Source: Chrysomallon squamiferum (taxonomy: Eukaryota > Animalia > Mollusca). From it: DNA of 64,000 nt. The stretch spans positions 4,960,001 through 5,024,000 of the forward strand of contig CM022678.1 in assembly GCA_012295275.1 (NCBI GenBank). The letters run 5' to 3'. Shown piece after piece: positions 1-10,123 of this stretch; position 1 is the first letter of the stretch, and each line of letters begins with the position of its first letter. Both the position numbers and the translations under genes were made by a program. The notes under the pieces were generated by a model that was not told where the DNA came from, did not search any database, and saw only the letters and a program-made list of their open reading frames with translations.

Positions 1-2305
1 CTGACACTCTGAAGTAACTCGGCAGAAACCTCTCCAGAAGGACCTAACTCCAGGTTATTTGCCTTAAAGATCGTCCACTCCTGTGTTGAACAATCATCTG
101 GTTTGCCGTTTCCTTCATCTGGTTTGCCGTGTTCTTCATCTGGTTTGCCGTTCTCTCCACATGGTCTGCACTGTCCTGAATATGGTTTGCCGTTTCCTTC
201 ATCTGGTTTTCCATTTCCTTCGTCTGGTTTTCCATTTCCTTCGTCTGGTTTGCCATTTCCTTCGTCTGGTTTGCCACTTCCTTCGCCTGGTTTGCCGTTC
301 CCTTCATCTGGTTTTCCATTTCCTTCATCTGGTTTGCCGTTTCCTTCATCTGGTTTTCCATTTCCTTCATCTGGTTTGCCGCTGCCTTCATCTGGTTTTC
401 CATTTCTTTCATCTGGTTTGCCGTTTCCTTCATTTCGTTTGCCGTTTCTTTCATCTGGTTTTCCATTTCCTTCATCTGGTTTTCCATTTCCTTCATCTGG
501 ATTTCCATTTCCTTCGTCTGGTTTGCCGTTTCCTTCGTCTGGTTTTCCATTTCCTTCATCTGGTTTTCCATTTCCTTCATCTGGTTTTCCGTTTCCTTCA
601 TCTGGTTTTCCATTTCCTTCGTCTGGTGTTCCGTTTCCTTCGTGTGGTTTGCCGTTTCCTTCGTCTGGTTTTCCATTTCCTTCATCTGGTTTGCCGTTTC
701 CTTCATCTGGTTTTCCATTTCCTTCATCTGGATTTCCATTTCCTTCGTCTGGTTTGCCGTTTCCTTCGTCTGGTTTTCCATTTCCTTCATCTGGTTTTCC
801 ATTTCCTTCATCTGGTTTGCCGTTTCTTTCATCTGGTTTTCCATTTCCTTCATCTGGATTTCCATTTCCTTCGTCTGGTTTGCCGTTTCCTTCGTCTGGT
901 TTTCCATTTCCTTCATCTGGTTTTCCATTTCCTTCATCAGGTTTTCCATTTCCTTCATCTGGCTTTCCATTTCCTTCATCTGGTTTTCCATTTCCTTCAT
1001 CAGGTTTTCCATTTCCTTCATCTGGTTTTCCGTTTGCTGCACATGGTTTGCCGTGCTTGTCCCACAGACATCCACCATCTCCTTCCTTTTCCCAGCAGAC
1101 AACCTGTCGTTTCTTCCGGCTGTTTGAAGCTGCTTTGCTGTCAACAATCTGAAGAGCCACACGTACCTCAGCACCATTTTGGACAGCGGTTCTCAAGTCT
1201 GCTTTCGATCCAAATACTACATCGCCGTTCTTGTTTGTTGTTAAAACATTTTTCCATGGTTTTGTATCAACAAACCATTTGATTGTTTTCTTTTCCGTTT
1301 CTTCACCAACAGAAGTACCGTTAAATAACCTGTGTTTAAGTGTCGCCACTGTTCCCGTCGTATGCGCCATCTGCCAGTTCCAAAATCCTCTGTCTTTGCC
1401 ATCGACTTTTTCAGCATAGAGACGATTCAGAAGTTGAGCAGATATCTGTCCCGATTTTGTCCTCACGTTATCCGCCTCAATCGAGAAGTTTCCCATAACA
1501 ACCTTCACCCTGTGTCCATGGTTAGCAGCACAAATTAGGTTAGAAAGAGACCCATCTGCTTTATCACCATTTTCATCATTGGTAAACACGTGTTCCCAAC
1601 AGGAGTCGGCGTACCATCTGCCATTCAGATTCATTTTGAATTCTGAAATATACGTCTCACCGGGAAAGAAAGCGTACTTGTCAGCCTTTGCGCTTGTGTA
1701 GATGTTCATGAAGTTCCAGGCTGGATTTTGACTCATCATTACGTCCCAGACAAATTGTCCAACAACGATCCCATCTTCGTTAACTTTTATATTTCGAAAT
1801 GGTTCCGTGAACATATTGATCCAGGTTTCTGTGACGTCGTGTCCAGATGCGACTGATGTGATTACGTTATCTACTGAACCATTAGTTATTGTCCCGTTGT
1901 TAGAGTGTTCAAGAAGCAGGGAAATGCACGATGAATTCTTAACAAACCACTGGATTGCTGCTTTATACGTGGTGTGTTTTATTTCCTGGAAGGTGTTCAC
2001 GAGGTACCTTGTTTCCATTAATTCTCCTGATGTGGACAGTCTTAAGAGGCGGTGATACGGTTCATTTCCGAACGTTTTCCAGCTGGCCTTACTTACGTAG
2101 GACGTTGAAAGGAAAAAGACAAAAGTAGGCATGATAAAAGTTATGTCAGAGTTTGCAGCGTAGCCTTCTTCTCCTAATGATGGAATTAGATATCTGACAG
2201 GTTCCGCGTGTATGACAGCAGCAAAAAGGTCTTCTTTGCTGCCAGAAACGGCTTCTCCTTGATCGTCGACCTCATAAACCTTACGCCATTCACAGTCGCA
2301 GAAAT
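1..2305 (-). CDS. Gene A main exon: secreted four-domain protein with GKPDEGN array; 3' end lies beyond the window start
   Basis: Acceptor ttccag| at 2306-2307. Hand translation of the non-repeat parts is stop-free and the frame is kept across the array: (D)FCDCEWRKVYEVDDQGEAVSGSKEDLF...QWFVK...RWYADSCWEHVFTNDENG...KWFVDTKPWKNVLTTNKNG...SRKKRQVVCW...(GKPDEGN)n...DDCSTQEWTIFKANNLELGPSGEVSAELLQSV. Missing from the ORF track because it has no stop inside the window. Colinear with genes C, D and E. Confidence 0.9.
97..1032 (-). repeat. 21-bp coding minisatellite, ~43 units, GKPDEGN
   Basis: Tandem GG(A/C)AAACCAGA(T/C)GAAGGAAA(T/C), with one interruption encoding YSGQCRPCGE near 150-185. Confidence 0.95.
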
Positions 2306-2930
2306 CTGGAAGGTGAAAATTCATTAGCTAACATTATAAAATGGGCGTAGTCTGATGGAGGGATAAATATCTTCAGAGAAATAGAAGCTTGAGCCCATAA
2401 ATGACGTGATGCAATTTATTTTTTATATTTCACGTTATTATATTATTATTTTGTGGAATTAGTCGTCGCTAATGACAAAGGAGGACAGTAAAATAAACTT
2501 AATGAATGCCGTATTTTGCGTCTACAAAATTTTAAGATATGCATCTGTGTTTTTATATTTATTTATTATTTTTCATTTGATTCTTGGGTAAGAACACCCA
2601 TATCTACTTTTTCGGATCAAGAAAGGTACTGTTTAGTAGTATTCTATGCAAATGTATCCTTCAGTATTCCCTCCATGTCAACGACTTTTACATCAGCAGA
2701 AAACGCTAATAGCTATAACTGTTGCATATCTAGATATATCACATTAGCGTTACTGTTTAAATGAAGGACATATTAAATGATACCCTTCTTTTTCTTTTCT
2801 TTCCCAGCATCACTTTATGATTTAAATAACAAAGTTTTATATATATATATTACAGTTAAACAATATGGAATTTAAAAGTATATTAAATATTAAAGTGAGA
2901 AAGAAAGAATCGAAATCATGATATTCTTAC

Positions 2931-3015
2931 CACATTGTTCTGCAGTTGCTGTCGTGGTTGTGAATATAAGTAGGAAAAGTTTCGCTAAGAATGGTAGATT
3001 TGAAACACTCTTCAT
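2931..3015 (-). CDS. Gene A signal-peptide exon MKSVSNLPFLAKLFLLIFTTTTATAEQC(G)
   Basis: ATG at 3015, 85 nt (phase 1), donor gtaaga at 2930-2925, upstream acceptor AG at 3029-3028. Hydrophobic core and A-T-A cleavage motif; splices in frame to the exon at 2305. Confidence 0.88.
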
Positions 3016-3201
3016 AGTGAACTTAGTCTAAAATAGATAGTATTATTATAATTATTATTATTATTATTATTATTTTAATAACTAAAAAATGCTAAATGTA
3101 TCTGTTCGTCAACTTTGTATTCAAATAACAAAAAAGTAACAAGGACAATAAATGAATGGCTATGAAAAAAGTTATTAATCTGTCTTACTATTTCTGTATC
3201 T

Positions 3202-3873
3202 CAGTGATTCTCAATCAGTGTGCCGCGGCACACTGGTGTGCCACAAGATATTCCTAAGTGTGCCGCCAAATTTTGAACGGCACACTAAGAAAATGCGAAA
3301 AACCATGTGGTCCAAAAATAAAACAAACAGTAGTATGCAAGGTAAAAACGAAAATATTCTCACTTCAACAGACTATCTGCCCTCAAAAAGAAAATTGTTA
3401 AAATTAAAACATTCGACTCTGCCCATTGATTCATTATGGATTTCAGTTCCAATTTTCAACTTCTTATATATGTGAATTAGGCTTCTGAAAATTAAACAAC
3501 ATAAAAAAAATGAAGCACGCGAGATTACGTACAACGAAAGAAGAAATGAGGGTGTTTCTGTCTCATATTCGACAAAACATTGAGGAAATTATGAATAAAA
3601 GTCAGGCACAAATTTCTCACTAAAGAAGCCAGCTATTTGACTGATGAAATTCGAAACACTGCAGTGAAGTATTGCTATGTTTTTCTGTATTTAGTTTGAG
3701 TCATTCTATGTGTCTATGACTAGTCTGTGTCTACGGTTGTATGCCGTCTACGACTTGCCATGTTTTTACTTTACAAAATTCAGATATTTTTCATATATAT
3801 TTAGCCAGGTGTGCCGCTATTTTTTCATGTGTTCCAAGGTGTGCCGTTGGCAAAAAAAGGTTGAGAACCACTG
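3202..3873 (+). mobile_element. Non-autonomous hAT (Buster/Charlie-like) DNA transposon in intron 1 of gene A
   Basis: TIRs CAGTGATTCTCAATC (3202) and GGTTGAGAACCACTG (3859-3873); perfect 8-bp TSD CTGTATCT at 3194-3201 and 3874-3881 with central TA; internal transposase C-terminal remnant FSTSYICELGF*...EEMRVFLSHIRQNIEEIMNKSQAQISH* (~3450-3623). Confidence 0.92.
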
Positions 3874-3939
3874 CTGTATCTATAAATGAAATTATTCATA
3901 TGAGAAAAAAAAGAAGAAAAAAAAAAGCAAGAGAAAAAT

Positions 3940-4387
3940 TTCAATAAATAATTTCAATTCTCAACATTGTTGATGATACATGAACTGGACTTACCACTGA
4001 GTAGCTCACAATCTCTGCGATTCTCTTCAAAAGTGACAAATTCATTGACTGTGTTAAACTTATACAAATATTCAAATGAGGTGATAATTTGTTTTTGTGC
4101 TGAATGACAGCTTGTAGTCGCAACGTTTGGTTTCAATCAGCTCATCGTAGCTTTCATAATAATTATTTCGCTGTAGAAATCGATAAAATAGAAGAAACTA
4201 ACTTTTGTATATTTCAAATTTATTATCAACCTTTCCTAGTAATAAAGTTTCTAAATAATGAACAACATCGATATATATATACATATACTTTATTAACAGG
4301 AAAGGGTGGTAATAAATTGATATATATATATATACATATACGTACTTATGTACGTATGTATGTATATATGTATTTTGTATGTATATA

Positions 4388-4459
<72 letters not shown>

Positions 4460-5560
4460 CATATAAAACCCTTTTAGTTAATAAATCAGGCAAATTGGTG
4501 AAATTATAATATGAAACTGCAAAGTTTCTAGCTAAAAAACATGCTTTTGATATTTTGCCATACATCCTGTGTTTTATGACGACATACATCGTGTTGAAAT
4601 TTGTTTTATGACGACAAAATTGTTTTGTAAACCTGCTCTTTTGCAATGACTGTATTTATTCGCGTATAATAAGCACCTTTTTCACACTTACTTATACTAA
4701 AACGCTGGATATATTCATTACATACGATAACAGATGTTTTTTCTTCTATTATTAATCTCCCAGCTATTTTAATATAGAACTTTATTTATTTATTTATTTG
4801 TTTATTTTGGTTTGTTTCTCTATTTGTTTATGAATTTTTATTATTATTATTATTATTATTTTTTTAAACAGTGTACCGATCGTATTCCTATATTACCTGT
4901 TTCTGCAATTTCCTCGTCTGAAATCATACTAAGAACAAACTACTTATTACACTAAACATATATATATATATATATATACAAATACATACATACATAGATA
5001 GATAGATAGATAGATAGACATACAGATATATGGATTGATAGATAGCTAGATAGATACATAGCCTGCAGTAATTAATTCCCCATAATCAGGAGTGTGTTTG
5101 TACAGCATTGTAATAATAAAGGGTGAATGAGAAGGATTATTTTCTGTTCAGAAATTAAGATATTTAAGAAGTATAAACGAAATCAAATGATATAAAATGA
5201 ACATAGATGGATGTCCTGGATAAACTAGAATTGAATATTCCTAAATCAAAGCTATGTGGCGTTTGTTAGTTGCGACAGATTTTTTTTAATTAATCTTTTT
5301 ATTTTTGTATTTGTATGCGAAGCTAGTCACGTTTGAAAGTGAGTTAAACATTCGGAACGATATGGATGAGCGAATACCTGATGAAGTATTGATTTTATGA
5401 GAAATCTGAAATAGAAAAGAAAATTTATTTTTTATATATCGAACTGTATTAACATTATAATTTTTTTTTATAAGCCAGGTTTCAAAATTTCACTAAGAGT
5501 AAATTCGGCAAACTCGTTGAGGAATCTGTTTCACCATTCTTACACTAATTATATTTAGAT
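3940..5560. repeat. Duplicated upstream-flank block of the gene unit
   Basis: Similar sequence by eye at ~12600-13970, ~19630-20870, ~28890-29720, ~37480-38750 and ~57930-59140. Confidence 0.8.
3989..4064 (-). promoter_or_regulatory. Gene A core promoter (TATA-like + Inr) and short non-coding exon 1 with donor
   Basis: TATAAG at 4064-4059, YYANWYY (TCACTTT) about 30 nt downstream near 4034, GTAAGT donor at 3994-3989. The cassette recurs upstream of every signal exon. Confidence 0.7.
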
Positions 5561-5732
5561 TAAAAAAAAAATAGTAGTAGTAGTAGTAAATAAATAAATA
5601 AATAAATAAATAAATGATATTCAGCGTGTCTAGGTGAGATATATTTTCATTACATCACCCTCCTCCCTACAGATTAATAGGCATATTTTTAATAACTAAT
5701 ATTATCTTCTTGAAAGTAATAACACACAATAA

Positions 5733-5851
<119 letters not shown>

Positions 5852-6074
5852 TACCAACATAGGCAACTGATTTGAAACCGTTTACCAAACACAAAACTGA
5901 AAAGGAAAAACGTGTTTCTCTTTCTGAATAAGTATCTACCGTCAAAAGTTGACAAAAGTAATTTAAGGATTAAATGGGGACGTGTTTATATCCAGATTTT
6001 AAATTCTGTTTATAGAAATGACGATATAGTTGACTGTGTGTGGATAAAGGAAGTATTTTCCAATAGGGAAACAG

Positions 6075-6288
6075 ACTTCAGGTAGATCCTTCTGTAGAGG
6101 TTTTCTCTGTGTTACTTCAGAGTATCAGTACTAAAGGCGTCAGGTCTACTGAACTGAAGATCAAAGATGAACCTTTATGGCGTTTCATGATCGTCATGAT
6201 ACAAGGAAATGTCGTCATCTCTCAGAAACCTTTACGACAATGGACACTTGTCTGTGAGACAAGCTGTCAACTAGTTTGTCTATATTAA
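6075..6288 (+). pseudogene. Degenerate plus-strand relic of the family C-terminus
   Basis: Reads LQVDPSVEVFSVLLQSISTKGVRSTELKIKDEPLWRFMIVMIQGNVVISQ.../NGHLSVRQAVN*FV, matching LGPSGEVSAELLQSVSTEEVGS..KIK..FW..MIVTTQGDVDISQ..GHFSVKQAINWFV, with a stop and a frameshift. Confidence 0.8.
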
Positions 6289-6497
6289 CTGCTGCAGAGA
6301 ATATTGTTGAAAGCAATAACAAAATTTTAAAAAATATTTCTTTTCAGTACTTTTGTGTTATGCATAAATTATTTACAGGAAATTTTATTTTCCTATTTAT
6401 ATTTTATTTATTTCTTCTTCTTTTTTGTTTCTTTTTTATTTAAAACGAAAATATACAAAAGCGAAAATAACAGCAATAAAAAACCCACAATAATAAT

Positions 6498-6529
<32 letters not shown>

Positions 6530-7044
6530 TAATAATAATAATAATAATAATTTTAATAATAATAAAAAATTAAAGAAACAAAAAACAAAATGAAAACAGA
6601 AAAAAAACTACTTTATTTATTAATTATTTTCTTAATTTGTTTATTCGCTAATAGTAAAACGTTTGTATGATATTCAATGATAAAAAAAATTGAGTTTTCA
6701 TTACGCTTTGTGGGTAAACTAATTAGTTTTATCAGTTCGTTACACGATTATTAAGCTCTTGCATAAAATTGTAAACCAGATGTGACGATTTCGTGTCGAA
6801 TCATTTCTAAAATTTGTCGTGCCTACTGCATATATATTTTAAAGAGTCTACAGTGCAATAACGTCTTCATTTTATTCTTGTAAACTAGTTTTTTTTTATT
6901 ATGTAACACGGCATGGCAAAGGTTCTCAGCTTAGACTCTTATAACAATTGATGAGATTTAGGATTTTAAGCCAGTGCATAGTTAAACTACTACTACTACT
7001 ACTACCACTACCACTACCACTACTACTACTATTACTTCTACAAC

Positions 7045-7089
<45 letters not shown>

Positions 7090-7258
7090 GAAGAAGAAGA
7101 AGAAGAAGAAGAAGCGAATGAGCAAATGATCATCAGCAACGAGAAAAAACACTTTCGTTTGGTTTATTGTTAATAGACTGTGTGTGACTTTTTATTTGTT
7201 TTTCTTTGTGTCTGGGTGTGGGTGTTTGTGTGTATCTGTGTCTGTTAATGTCCACAAT

Positions 7259-7780
7259 TTAATAGTTGACAAACCAGTTGATGGCATATTTAACAGAAAA
7301 GTGACCGTCATTCATGCTTTTTCCTACACGTCTTTGAGAGATGTCAACATTACCTTGTGTAGTGACGATAATGCATTTACAGTTGGACTCTTCCTTTATT
7401 TTGAATTCCTGTGATCCCACTTCTTCATTACTGACACTCTGAAGTAACTCGGCAGATACTTCTCCAGAAGGACCGAACTCCAGGTTACTTGTTTTAAAGA
7501 ATGTTCACTCCTGTTCCTTTTATTCATATGAGCTGCCGTGTCTTCCACCTGATCTGCCGTGCCTGTAAGGCTCCCATGCACTTTGTCCGCCCATTTCTCA
7601 CCATGTGTTTTCCTTGGAAAGTTTGAAGCTGAATTGCTGTGACCAGTTTGAAGAGCCACGCGAACCTGAGAGCCATTTTGAGCAGCAGTTTTCAAATACT
7701 GCAACTGCCATCGACCTTTTCATCTTAGAGATGATTCAAAAGCTGTGCAGATATCTGTACCGACCTTATCCTCACGTTCA
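7259..7780 (-). pseudogene. C-terminal relic (parts of domains 3-4) with a single proto-repeat unit
   Basis: Homologous to AVQNGAEVRVAL...FKTSNLEFGPSGEVSAELLQSV...WFVNY*; in-frame stops (W->TGA at 7505-7507) and internal deletions. Confidence 0.85.
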
Positions 7781-7880
7781 AATAAATTCCGCACCAGAAA
7801 TAAGATGTTTTGTCGTCTGGAGAGTCACACTGTTATTTTTATCTCGAACTGTTTATCTTATTTATTTATTTATATTTATT

Positions 7881-7912
<32 letters not shown>

Positions 7913-7914
7913 TC

Positions 7915-7962
<48 letters not shown>

Positions 7963-8712
7963 CCATGTGAGTCTATGAATGCATATATGTATGTATGTAT
8001 TTATGTCTCTCTCTCTCTGTGTGTGTGTGTGTATGTGTATGTGTGTGTGTGTGTGTGTGTTTTTTAAATTAAAGAAACACAAAATAATTGGGTTTTTCAT
8101 TTAGGAGAAAAAATAATACCGACACACTGGAAAACACATACAAACGCAGACACAGACTCACACGCAAAGACACATACATTCTGACATACACACTCAAACC
8201 AACATCAGCAGATATATAAACAAACAAACAGTCAGACGAATGAATGAATCAATGATTGAAACAATAAATCAATCAGTGAATAAATAAATAAATAAAATAA
8301 GCAAATATATAACGTTTCTACAAAATTGTAAATATCAAATTCGTTGGGCAAAAGTCGATGAATCATAACAAAATTATAAATAAATAAATAAATAAAGCAA
8401 TATAGAATGAAACATAGAAAGAAACTTGACTGGTATTTTTAGTTGATTTTATGTTAATGTTATCTGAAAGACGTGTGTCACATTTTTCGACAGAGGTACA
8501 ATTTCAGTGCGAACCATAAGCGCTGTGTCCTGTATATGTATCCCAGGGGACACTTAAATGAATGACAGGAAACAAATTTAAACCATACGATGCAATATTA
8601 AAAATGGAGTTAATTCCCTTGACATATGCTTCATTTCGTCGACACATGGCTTTACCTTCCAATGAAGACTCCACAGGAGTTATTTCCCTTGTGACACACA
8701 CACATACACACA

Positions 8713-8743
<31 letters not shown>

Positions 8744-9235
8744 CTACTATCTGAAACACACACAGACACACGTATACATAACGTACATACAAACATTAAA
8801 AACAGAAACATAATATCTGAAGTAGAAATAAATGTGTTATTAGAATTCGTTTATAAATTAACGTAAACATTTGCTAAAATACAGGGGCGTTTTTACGGAA
8901 TAGACCGTGTATTTTTGTTCTGTCTGCTGTCAGCTGGCTTTTCTACTCAATTATTCCATTTTCCCTTCAGTACTGAAACCTTAGTCTCGTATTCTCAAAC
9001 ATTTACAAAGAATCAAAGAAGATGGAAATTGGCATGGAAACAACTGAAATGTTCTTCTTGACTGATAATGACACTACCATAATAATAATTATAATAATAA
9101 TTATAATAATAACGACAATAATAAAAAATAATAATAATAATAATAATAAAAAATCATAATAATAAAAATAATAATGACAATAAAATAACAAACAAATAAA
9201 AATTGAAATATAATATTAATAATAACAATAACAAC

Positions 9236-9267
<32 letters not shown>

Positions 9268-9530
9268 TAATAACACAGGTGTTTGTAACATTACCAAGAA
9301 TACATTTAAACTAAAGATTTTACTCAGTGCGTTTGTTGTTCTACTAGAGAACCTATAACAATGAGTAATGTTTTCAGTTTTCACTGGGTAGTTCAGAAGG
9401 TTGCGACATTCCTGCAGTTTTGGACCATTTGTCATACGAGGATGTTTGTATCTGATCAAGATGGTCAATTGACATTTGATCACGTACTTATATAGCGTTG
9501 TACTCTTCTGGTCGTTATAATATTCGACCA

Positions 9531-9575
<45 letters not shown>

Positions 9576-10123
9576 GTGTGTGTGTGTGTTTTATTTATTT
9601 CTTTATTCAAGGATTTAGAAAAATCAAGAAAACTAACATGTAAAAACGTAATTTTTCGACTATCTTTATGAACTAAAGGACAATTTCCATTCTGAATCAC
9701 TTTGAGGGATCAGTGAAAATAATTATATCGAATCCTTCCGGCATTTTAAAACATTGGTTTTGCTCTTTAAGTAGCAGCATATCGTTCAAATGTTTCATAT
9801 CTTCTATGGGGCGAGTAAAGATAATTTAGAAAAAGCTATAAGACAGTATAGAGAGTTTTGAATTACTTATTTTATACACGAAAACATAGAAATAGTCAAA
9901 AACCAGAACATGTAACATGTGTACTAGTATTACTACTACTACTACTACTACTACTACTAGTACTACTGCTACTACTGCTACTGCTACTGCTACAACCACT
10001 ACTACTACTATAATAATAATAATAATAAAGAGGAAGAAGAAAAACAACAACAAAGACTTTACTTTGCTTTAATGCTGTACGTATATATATATATTTAAGT
10101 GAGTGAATGTTTGTGTGTGTGTG

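Noticed and set aside
97-1032. Collagen-like or nacrein-like identity for the Gly-rich repeat
   Set aside because: The period is 7 residues, not Gly-X-Y, and no carbonic-anhydrase motifs are visible in the flanking domains.
83-1282. Plus-strand ORFs FHFLHLV, PFPSSG and SFIWFS over gene A (and equivalents over B, C and E)
   Set aside because: Antisense shadows of the coding repeat; homology with array-less gene D fixes the real strand and frame.
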